Notes under the pieces: generated by a model | Told to the model about the DNA's origin: nothing | Databases searched by the model: none | The model's input: only the letters and a program-made list of their open reading frames with translations | Shown: one piece after another, positions 11,004 through 19,985 of the stretch | Numbering within the stretch: position 1 is the stretch's first letter | Layout of the letters: the number at the start of each line of letters is the position of its first letter | NCBI GenBank assembly: GCA_002269645.1 | Contig: NIVC01000238.1 | Span: 1 to 64,000, forward strand | Direction of reading: 5' to 3' | From: Macrostomum lignano | Lineage: Eukaryota | Length of the DNA: 64,000 nucleotides | Made by a program: the position numbers and the translations under genes

Positions 11004-13642
11004 TTAAGGGAAGCCAGTAGATTGATGAGCACCGGAGCGCCGTAAGTCATTGTGCTTTCAATGTAAGATCTATAGATTAGGCGAAGAGCCAGTTGCGAAA
11101 TCCTGGAGTTCTTAGCTATCCTAGCTAGGGCAGCCATTTTGGCTGTCGAAGACCCAGCTACCTTGTCGATATGGGCCCTAAAGTTAAACTGTTTGTCAAG
11201 AACCATCCCTAGGAAGGTGACGGAATCATAGTACTTGATTTTGTCTTGTCCAAGCTTAATTGGAGGATCGTCTATACCTGTCTTGTTCCCATTAGCTTTG
11301 AAAAAGGAAATGGCTTTGCTTTTGGAGGGATTGATGACAATGCCCAAATTGTCAAGCCACTTTTTGAGGACAATAAAGTAGGAGTTAAGCCTTTTAGCGG
11401 ACATGGTAGATTTTCTGGCAGAGGCCCATACTGCTAAGTCGTCAGCGAACTGACTAAAGCGGACTTTGCTATCAGTGGGCTTAGGAATAGAGCTGGCGAA
11501 GATGATGAAGAGCAGGGGCGAGAGCACCCCACCCTGCGGGACACCCGCCGTCGGCTGAAAGACCCCGCCCCGGGCTCCGCCAACCACCAGCTCCACAGAT
11601 CTGTCATCCAGATAATTTGCTATAATGCGTGTCATGTTGTGCGGGATTTTACTTTTCCAGATTTTATATTTAAGGTAGTCCAGCCAGACTCCATCAAAGG
11701 CTCCTTTGATGATAAGAAGACCCCCAACGTGTACTGCCTCAACTGAAGCATTTTCAGCACATCGTCGGTGAGTCTTACTATATTGTCATATGTGCAGTGG
11801 TCGAATCTGTAGGCACATTGTTCCTCATTAATAATTCCTAGGTTTTCTAAGATAATCTTAAGGTTTCTAGCTAGAATCTTCTCATAAAGTTTGCCAACAC
11901 AGGAGGTTAGGCTGATGGGTCTATAGCTTTCCACGAGATTTTTGGATTTGTTTGGTTTAGGGATCATCTTAATGATGGCCTTTTTCCATTGTTTAGGGAA
12001 GTATCCTATGAGAAAACTAGAGTTGTAAATTTTTGCGAGCGCTCTGATGGAGTCTGGGCCGAGACAATATTTAAAACCATGTTAGGAATTCTATCCGGAC
12101 CGGGAGCTCCTCCTGACCTAAGTTTTCTGCTTTCCCAGAGCACGTCCTGGTCAGTAATGTTAAGGATATCGTTTTCGATATCTTCTTTATCTGGATTATC
12201 TGGGTTCGCGTGCTCTTTATGGTATGAAAGTGCCGCAATTATATTGTTATGGGTTTTGAAGATCTCATGATCTTTGTACTTACTGACATTTTCATAGATT
12301 AGCGAGTCGTGGTTGGGGTGAGATTGCATTTGATCTTTAAGAAAGTCGCTGAAGAATGAAGCTTTTTCTGCCTCAGTCTCGGCATGCGAATCTTTGTAGA
12401 CTAGAAGGGGATAGTTGATCATTTTGGACCTTTCTCCTGTCATCTTTTTGATGTCAATCCAAAATTTTTTGGGTTCCTTTTTGTAACTAGTTTTAGCAAT
12501 TTTGTGGCATAGATCCTCGAATTTCCTATATCTATGCATACGTATAGCATTTCGAATTTCTTTAGCTGCTTGATTGGCTTGAACCCTGAAGTCGTCTATT
12601 CTAGTTTTTTTGAATAATTTTCTAAGTTTCCTCCTATGCTTAATTTTGTTAATAATATCTGGGGGAAGCTGTTCCCTAGGGTCCCGGTTGGGTACAACAT
12701 CCTCAATGGTGTCATGAATGCACTGATTTAGCAGATCAACCGCTTTGTCTAGGTCCTCAGGTGTGGATAATCTGCGACTGAGAAGCTGTTGGTTGCTAAG
12801 TTTATCCTGAAGGGTCCCTCTAAAGGTTTCCCAGTCAGTGTTCCAAAAGCTTTTAGTGGGTTTTTTGCTCAGCTTACAGTTAGGATTTAAATAAATTTTA
12901 ATGATAATGGGGAGGTGGTCGCTATCTAGATCTTCTCCCACAATAACGTTGCTGGTATGTTTAATTAGCTCCGGGGAACAAATTCCTAGATCAAGCACGT
13001 TCCTAAGGACTAAGCCACTACGGTAGCTGACTCTGGTACAGTCCCCATAATCGTTAAGAATGGTTGGTGGGTTTGGATGCGAGTCAAGCCTATCAAACAG
13101 CTGCTTGCCAGGATAGTTAGTTTGGGAGTCACCACCGAGGGCTGGGTGGTTGCAGTTAAAGTCCCCGACAACTAAGGTCGAGGGATTAGAGAATAAATGA
13201 TCAAGAAGTTGGGTGTTAAGCCGTGTTGGAGTCGGGTTCCTGTAGAAGAGGACCACGTTAAATTGCTTAAGTTTGTTATTTTTAAGATGAACTTCAAAAC
13301 TGATAAGCTCGTGGTTGCAGTTGTCAAAATTTTTTTTTCAACATTCATAATTTCTAAATGATTTTTATAGACAACTGCAAGTCCTCTTCTACAGTTAGGG
13401 ACGTCAAACCGGAGCGTGGCGTACCCTGGTAAGTGAAATTTGTTTTTTTCTTCTAGGCATGTTTCAGAGAAAAGCCCAATGTCTAAGTCTTCTTTGTTGA
13501 TCCAGGATATTATCTCATAGAATTTGTTGCTAAGCCCGTTGCAGTTGAGATGTCCAATGTTCAGAGTGTCCCGCACAACAGACTGTTTACCCGGCCCATT
13601 ATTATCAGGGGAATTATTAGATGAGTTGAAATTTGATATCAA
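11004..13642 (-). pseudogene. LINE ORF2 (copy A): APE + RT, frameshifted, 3'-truncated
   Basis: LNIGHLNCNGL, VVGDFNCNH, DLDSDHLPI, YRPISLTSCVGKLYEK, GVPQGGVLSPLLF, FSQFADDLAVW. One frameshift sits in the T-run at ~13329-13338. Confidence 0.92.
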
Positions 13643-13673
13643 GTTAACGCTAAACGTAATTTAATTGTCAGGT

Positions 13674-16442
13674 TCAGGTTTCATCTCCGCCCGCTTGCGC
13701 GGCTTCGGTGTCCCCTGTCCCTGAATCAGGTCCCCTTCGATTCCTGAGTGCTGCCAGGACTTCAGTCACTGCCTGGATCGCGAGTTGCCCCGCTTCCCAT
13801 TCAGTGAGCATCTGCCCCGGATTAGTGCCCATGAGCCGAGTGAGTGCCTGAAGTACAACCTCGAGCACCCCCATCCGGGAGATTAGGCCCCTCTCACTTG
13901 ATTTGCGCGTGTCATTGGCGTTTTCAACTCCTAGATTGGGCGCGGCCACGGAGTCGGAGGCAACTGCCGGCAGCGTGGGCGGGTTGGCGGAGATTTGGAT
14001 TGCCGCCGGATTGGTCAGAGCAGTTCGATTCGCCGGCGCTTCGGCTGGTGGGGCATCGCTAGCGGCAGAGGCAGCGGCGGCGGCGGCAGCGGCGGCGGCA
14101 CGGTTGGAATACGCGATAGGACCCAGGATTGGCTTGATGAGTCCAGTTCGCATTGGTCGCATTGCGTCAGCGTAGGATAGCGGTCCTGGTACCCCAAAAG
14201 CCTCCCCTAGGGACCGACTACCAAAGATGTTCTGATTTTGTTTTTGTTTTGCTTCTTCTCTTTGTGCTCTGATTTTTTCGTGTGCTTTTCTAGTTGCAAT
14301 TTCGTTTGCTTCCTTGATTTTTTGACATTTAAATGAAAACTGCGGGTGCTCGCCCCCGCAGTTGGCGCATTCGAACTTGCGGTCCTTGGGGCAGTCGGCT
14401 GAGAAGTGCTCCCCTGCGCATTTGTTACATCTGTATACTGACGCAGTGCATTTATTCTCATGGTGCCCTAATCTTTGGCACTTCATGCACTGGATGGCTT
14501 TGACAGGTGGAAGATTAATCGACTCCTCGCACCTGAACCTGCTGAAGCCTAGATGGACGCCGTGCTCAATGCATCTCTCCATTGCGCCCTTACTCTTCGT
14601 GAAGAGGCGAACATGCGGTGATGGTTCACCTGTTGCCTTATAGATGATGCGCACGGCGCCATCAATCGGAATTTGCTGCTCTGACTCTACCAGGTGTTTG
14701 GCTAACTCTTTAGCGTCCACCGCAATGGGGACGTGCTTGACAATGAAACAGTACACCTGAGGAGATTTAAGAGGTGCACGCACCTGATCGTCCCCTTGTT
14801 TTACTGGCCTCTTGGCTGCCATGCGTCTTGTAATTTCAAATTCATTAATTTTGTTGGTTTTAAGTGGTGCTGTTAGTAATTTATTGTAATCCTTAGGATG
14901 TTCTCGAGTTACAATGTAGCCTGAGCTATGGTACAGATCTTTGACCGATTTAATTCTAATTTCAGGAAAGTTGTTTTTTAGAAACCATTCAAATTTTATG
15001 GGATCCTTGCCTTCATGCTCAATTTCGAAGATGACTGGAGCTGAGTTTTTAGGTTTTGAATTGTCATTAGTTCTTAGTTGATAGTTGCTGCTTGCAGTGT
15101 TAGGTTGGCTGGTTAGATTAGAGCTAAGTTGGCTAGTTTGGCTTTGAGTTTTAGGTTGATTTAGCTGATTATTTTGGCTAGTTTGGCTAGGTTGGCTATT
15201 GCAGGTTGTTTTAGTTTCAGTTTGTTGTTGCTGTTGTGTTGTTGTCGGCGGCGTCAAGTGGATGAGCGTTTGCTGTGAGTTGTCAGATGGCGGCTGCTGC
15301 GGCTGCATTTGCATGCTGGCTTGTTGCTGCAAGTTGTGCTTGCTAATGGTTGATTGCTGTTCGTGAGCAATTTGCATGTTGTTTTGTTGAGATATTTGAG
15401 TGGTTGGCTGCTGACTGCTAGGTTTGCGCCCCGTGCTACTGTTTGAACGCGATCTAATTCGTCTTAAATTTTCCGCTTCCAGCTCTGCCCGTCGGCGAAC
15501 CGAGTCTTCATCATCAAGATCGCAAGTGATGCTGTTGTCGACTGGTTGGATACAAGGATTTGCCTGGTCAGAGACAGGAAGTTCTTCCGGGATCCTAGCA
15601 TCGTGCGTAAGTCTAAACGTGAGGTTGACTCTGAGCTCTTTGACTTTGGGGTCTTTGAGGACCGCGTGTTGAAGGTGCGATTGTGTTGCACCGCTCATTA
15701 CCAGCAGCGAGCCACTGGCGAGTCTTTGAGACCATGCGATGTTAGTTGAGCCTTTGGGGCGCATGTGGAAGTCGCGCGTTGCGCCAATCGAGATGGATGC
15801 GATAGTCGGGTTAGGCCCTAACTCTACCTCGTCATCAGAGTGCCAGGGGATGTTGATCGATCCGTCTTTGTAGAAATTGATCAAACATGAGTTGAAGACG
15901 GGAAGCTGGTACTCGACTCTGAGCCAGGTGGCTAGGCTAGTGACAAGGGGATGCCAGTTGTCATTGGCACTAATTTTAGTACCACCATAGGTGTACTCTG
16001 GTCCAAACCAAACGATTTTCCGGGCTTCCGGTCTACCGTTGGTGTGGTGGTGAAAGGCTTTCGCCTGAATCTCGTCAACGAGAATTTTCAAAATTTGATT
16101 GTCGCAATTTTTTAGAGCCGATGGATGGTAACTAATGTTGCAATTATTTGGTAGATTGTATGATTTGCTGTCTGATTTGTCTGGTTTTGGTAGTCTAATA
16201 ATTGTTGTTACACCTTCAGCTTTCATGACTTCTAGACTACCCCTTTTAGAAGGAGGCAGCTCACCTTTTGAGGTACCAGGTGGAGTTTCTGGCAGTGGCG
16301 CGTTTGACGGAGACAGCATGGTTCGTTGTTCGGATCTGCGGACAGGGCCGGCAGAGTCTCGGTTGTTCACCTTCTTGGTCGACACCGTCGGCGGCGAGTC
16401 AGTGTCTCGTGAGCACCGTTTGCTATTAATTTCGATTTCCAT
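13674..16442 (-). CDS. LINE ORF1p (922 aa): AlkB (ALKBH2/3-like) dioxygenase + Q/S/T-rich linker + gag-like nucleic-acid-binding domain with 3 CCHC knuckles
   Basis: Uninterrupted ORF. WFGPEYTYGG, FNSCLINFYKDGSINIPWHSDDEVELGPNPTIASISIGATRDF, LASGSLLVMSGATQSHLQHAVLK, RVNLTFR; CMKCQRLGHHENKC, CNKCAGEHFSADC, CANCGGEHPQFSFKC. Confidence 0.93.
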   Translation of the reverse strand: MEIEINSKRCSRDTDSPPTVSTKKVNNRDSAGPVRRSEQRTMLSPSNAPLPETPPGTSKGELPPSKRGSLEVMKAEGVTTIIRLPKPDKSDSKSYNLPNNCNISYHPSALKNCDNQILKILVDEIQAKAFHHHTNGRPEARKIVWFGPEYTYGGTKISANDNWHPLVTSLATWLRVEYQLPVFNSCLINFYKDGSINIPWHSDDEVELGPNPTIASISIGATRDFHMRPKGSTNIAWSQRLASGSLLVMSGATQSHLQHAVLKDPKVKELRVNLTFRLTHDARIPEELPVSDQANPCIQPVDNSITCDLDDEDSVRRRAELEAENLRRIRSRSNSSTGRKPSSQQPTTQISQQNNMQIAHEQQSTISKHNLQQQASMQMQPQQPPSDNSQQTLIHLTPPTTTQQQQQTETKTTCNSQPSQTSQNNQLNQPKTQSQTSQLSSNLTSQPNTASSNYQLRTNDNSKPKNSAPVIFEIEHEGKDPIKFEWFLKNNFPEIRIKSVKDLYHSSGYIVTREHPKDYNKLLTAPLKTNKINEFEITRRMAAKRPVKQGDDQVRAPLKSPQVYCFIVKHVPIAVDAKELAKHLVESEQQIPIDGAVRIIYKATGEPSPHVRLFTKSKGAMERCIEHGVHLGFSRFRCEESINLPPVKAIQCMKCQRLGHHENKCTASVYRCNKCAGEHFSADCPKDRKFECANCGGEHPQFSFKCQKIKEANEIATRKAHEKIRAQREEAKQKQNQNIFGSRSLGEAFGVPGPLSYADAMRPMRTGLIKPILGPIAYSNRAAAAAAAAAASAASDAPPAEAPANRTALTNPAAIQISANPPTLPAVASDSVAAPNLGVENANDTRKSSERGLISRMGVLEVVLQALTRLMGTNPGQMLTEWEAGQLAIQAVTEVLAALRNRRGPDSGTGDTEAAQAGGDET

Positions 16443-16994
16443 AGGCCTTTAAAACAGTGGCCAAGATACAAGAAAAGTCCTTAAAACAAATTAAAACTTA
16501 AAACTTAAAACTGTATAAATAAAATTAAAACTTAAATAATACTACTTTAAGTAGACCTAGGTCGGCTAAATACAAGAGAATGTCCTTATTCTATTACGCT
16601 ACTGAAAAACCTAAACAGCAGCTTCCTGGCGCCTCGTTGCAGAAGTCGTGCGCCGCCGGCCGGCCGGTTGCAGACCGCTGGGCGAAGCCTGGCGCCGCCT
16701 GAAGCCGCAGCTGAGCCGCCGAGCCGCCGCCGCCGCCGAGCCGCCGAGCCGCCTGACCGAGCCGTCGAGCCGAGCCGCCAAAAGTCGCCGAGAGTCGCCG
16801 AGAGCCGAGAGCCGCCGAGAAGTGCCTGCTCGAAGAGCGATGCTGCAGCAGAAGCCGGTGCCGGACGCCAGGTAGGTGGCCACCCCAGATGCCAACTCGC
16901 AGTGAAGCAAGAGATACCCGAAGGCCCACACTGTGGATACCTGTAGTATCTCAATACTTTAAAGCTTGTTGGTTACCAAGGCAACCAGCAACCA

Positions 16995-17011
16995 GAATAA
17001 AGGAAAACAAC
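16995..17011 (+). repeat. Junction/target motif copy 1 (GAATAAAGGAAAACAAC), probable target-site duplication
   Basis: Identical to 6681-6697; marks the outer boundary of the array. Confidence 0.85.
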
Positions 17012-17278
17012 AAAGAACTTATCAATAATTATAAGAAAGCCGCAAATTTGCGATCTAACGCTACTATGAATATTTTCCCTGGCTTTAACTACTGACAGTA
17101 GGGCAAAAGCATATCTTCCCTACTACTCTAGTTTAACTTAAAAAGCCTCATTGAACGTTGATGAATACTGGAAATGGCTGAGCAGAGTGCTCTAGAATCA
17201 AATTTTAGGCAATTTGCGCATCAGTAAGTTTGGTTGCAACTCCAGCAGCAACAGCTTGGCTTCGCATATCTGACCTGA

Positions 17279-17800
17279 TTAAATTAGTTTTTCCCACTGG
17301 ATCCTCTTCCTCTTTTGCTTCTTTATCGCTGTCGCCTTGTTCTTCTTGATGATCTTCTTGATTTGTTTGTCAAGTTCGGGTGTATCCAAAAGACCTTCGG
17401 TAGGTGATCTGATAGGTTCGGGCTGTGGTCCGTGTACACTTTTCTCACGGTCTTGTGCCTCTGGTCTTTTCTTACCAGGAAACCGTCCAGTTCGTACCAT
17501 CTCTTCGTTTTTGGGTGTTTCCAAGTGCCCCCTACTTTTGCTTGAAGAAGGAGCTTGTCCATACCAGGTTCCACTCTTCCATCCACAGCATTAAATATAT
17601 TCCTTGTTCGTTAGCCGTTTGCATGTTGCATTTTCCTATGCAGGTGAACGGGGTTCCAGATTTCGGGTTCATTCTTGTATTGTTGCTTCCTACTGATGCA
17701 TTGAAGTCGCCCCCGATGAAAATGGCCTTCTTTTGTCCTACCTTTGTCATGAGTCTTTCGAGTTCATTCCGTATTTCTGAGGTTTTCTTGTCGTAGCCTT
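17279..17800 (-). pseudogene. Fragment of an RTE-like LINE APE endonuclease
   Basis: IFIGGDFNASVG, GTWKHPKTKRWYELDGFLVRK, SDHLPKV across two frames; a different family from the AlkB array. Confidence 0.7.
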
Positions 17801-17845
17801 CGACGCCTTTGACTGGTTGGTATACCGAGATTAGTATGCAGTCAC

Positions 17846-18741
17846 CTAATTCAATTGCCAGGCCAAAACTTTGGGCCAGTTTTGATGCCCCAAAACTCCA
17901 CTCAGACCGGCACTGCTGGTAATCTTCACCTTCTTCCGCCCGTGCTTTTGACGTCTGGATTGCATGATGGGACTGTCTTTGTCGGCAAAATTACCAACGA
18001 ATCGAAGTTCTTTGAACCGGCGAATAACCTTCGTACGCCAAAAGCTTGAGCTCCCATCCTGAGACCGGTCTTTTAAGCCACGATACGAGGTGATGATTGC
18101 CGTACAGATGTCCGTTAATTGGCTCGATGATAGGTACGGATTAGTTGGTGACAAATACTTCGAGGTGACGTCGTCGACAATAAACTTTAGGAACTTATTA
18201 ACAAATGCTGAGTTCAGCTTGAAATCCACACCCTTATCAGGGTGCATTCGAAGTTCGCAAAGAGCATCGCTAAGGAAATCCATACGAGGAAGCGAGTACA
18301 CCGCAGGCCACGCCATCAAAGTATCGGCTGGGGTTTGCTGGACTCGATTGGGTGTCACTAATACTGTCAGATCAGATGCTGCAGCTATGTTCACTGCATC
18401 CGGTGTCCGATCCACTTTAGACACAGTGGACGGTTCAGGCAGCAATTGACTAGGTGGCACTGGGACCAGTTCACCTTGAAGGAGAAAAAAAATTTCCCTC
18501 CTTCTTTAGCTACCTCCGCTATAATTTCGTCATCGTCGATTTCGAACCCGTCGGCTGTAACGATGCGCACGTTTTCAGCATCTTCTATGCCTAATTTAGT
18601 GCAGCCCTTAGTTCTTAATTCGGCGAGGGAGAGCCCAGATGCTGGTAACAGCTTCTTACTCTCCTCGTTGAAGTTGCAGATTCGAAGCTGAAATGAGAGT
18701 AGATTGAAACAACTCCAATCAGAATAGATCTGGTAAGACAT
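17846..18741 (-). pseudogene. Unknown protein with a CIDE-N/ubiquitin-like N-terminal domain, probably a DNA-transposon accessory ORF; frameshift in a T-run at ~18485-18493
   Basis: RIVTADGFEIDDDEII...LLQGE resembles CIDE-N; the downstream helical block ICTAIITSYRGLKD...FWRTKVIRRFKELR recalls TE-associated SAMD3-like proteins. Recognised by eye only. Confidence 0.45.
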
Positions 18742-19178
18742 ACTCAGTCAAAAAGTGGGGAGGGAAGTGCAAATAATAATTTACCTAGTGCCATTTTTTG
18801 TATTTTAATTTTTTTTTACTTTAAAGGTCTTACATAAACTTTAGAGTAAGATGGATGGATATGAATGGGCTTTAAACCTTTTTTATTTTTATTTTTGATG
18901 AATTGATAAGTCCAACATAGACTTAAGTACAAGATGATTTACTTGTAGGCTTTAACTTCAACTTCAAATGTCAACATTTTGACAGTACAGCAGAATTAAT
19001 ACATTTTAGGCAAGGAAATGATTCGAAAACCGGCATCCACTTTAATAGGTCTAGCCTAATCAAGAATGGGCAAGCCAATCTGTCATAAAAAGGTAATCGT
19101 TATAGAAATCAGGTAAAGTGGCTCGCTTGATGAAGAGTAGATAAATAAAGGTAAATATCAACATGAAGTATTATTTAA

Positions 19179-19223
19179 GTTGCCGATGCATTTCGTCCAT
19201 TTGCATTAGGACATCGTCAGGGT
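19179..19223 (-). ncRNA. Minimal type-I hammerhead ribozyme motif (minus strand copy)
   Basis: Reverse complement of the plus-strand motif. Confidence 0.7.
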
Positions 19224-19268
19224 CTTCAGGGTCAGGGTCAGGGTCTTTTTATTGAGCTGACCCTGAAG

Positions 19269-19313
19269 ACCCTGACGATGTCCTAATGCAAATGGACGAA
19301 ATGCATCGGCAAC
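19269..19313 (+). ncRNA. Minimal type-I hammerhead ribozyme motif (plus strand)
   Basis: CTGACGA-T-GTCC-taatgcaaat-GGAC-GAAA-TGCA-TC-GG: conserved core, 4-bp stem II, palindromic ATGCAT in place of stem III, AUC cleavage triplet. Confidence 0.7.
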
Positions 19314-19784
19314 TCAAATATGTTGATATTTACCTTTATTTATGTAATCGTTATACCTATAGACCAGAAATTTATTAAAATTGGAGAGCAAATTTCCTAG
19401 TGCTTGAGGCAAGGCAATCCTTGTATTTATTTGTAAGTTAGCAATAACCTTTATTTTACTATTGTTCTAGGGGAAACTCCTGTCCTAATATTTCACCGTG
19501 ACACCAAGTTGTAGACCTAGCTGCCTGTCTAATATCACTAAATGCCTACTTTAAATATTGTAAACTATGAATTTTTCTAGGAATTCCTAACTCACACGAT
19601 TTCTTAGAAACCTTGTGATAGCGTGTAGTGCCCGAGCGGTAAGACACTGTCTAATTCCCTAATTCAGTCCTTAAGTCTGGCGTTTTCCGAGGATCAAGGG
19701 TGTCCAGTGGTAACTAATCTACTTCCTAATCTCTAATCTCTTTAGCGCCTAATGTCTATTGTAGCCTGTACGGCTTTCTTAGGG

Positions 19785-19985
19785 TCTGTACGACCTCGAG
19801 ATTCTCCTTCTGGCCTCTATCCTGGGTCTTCACGACCTCTGGTGGATTTCCTATTCAGGTCCTAGTTTGGGTCTCCACGACCTCAAGTTTTCCTATTCAG
19901 ATCCTAGTTTGGGTCTCCACGACCTCAAGTTTCCTTACTCAGATCCCTAGCTCTTGGTCTCCACGACCTCAAGTTTCCCTATTCT
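19785..19985. repeat. ~41-bp tandem repeat, ~5 diverged copies (GGTCTCCACGACCTCAAGTTTTCCTATTCAGATCCTAGTTTG)
   Basis: GGTCTCCACGACCTC recurs at ~41-44 bp spacing. Confidence 0.8.

Larger units (their letters stand above)
11004..16994 (-). mobile_element. Non-LTR retrotransposon copy A (complete 5' UTR and ORF1; ORF2 cut off near its C-terminus)
   Basis: GC-rich 5' UTR 16443-16994, intact 922-aa ORF1, ORF2 fragments 13172..13642, 12006..13256, 11632..11967, 10955..11635. Confidence 0.93.
19141..19343. mobile_element. Inverted repeat of a Penelope-like pseudo-LTR fragment
   Basis: Arms 19141-19234 and 19257-19343 are near-perfect reverse complements, each with a hammerhead core; 12-bp direct repeat GTAATCGTTATA at 19093-19104 and 19344-19355. 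Confidence 0.7.

Noticed and set aside
13325-13340. Programmed ribosomal frameshift in LINE ORF2
   Set aside because: This and several other frameshifts lie in homopolymer runs at different positions in each copy, which fits decay or sequencing error better.
16586-16954. Several overlapping Ala/Arg/Gly-rich ORFs (also 6395-6707)
   Set aside because: By-products of a GC-rich 5' UTR; no domain or cross-copy protein conservation.
1-17011. Telomeric retrotransposon array (HeT-A/TART/TRAS-like)
   Set aside because: No telomeric repeats are visible and the junction motif is not telomere-like; what lies beyond position 1 is unknown, so it cannot be fully excluded.
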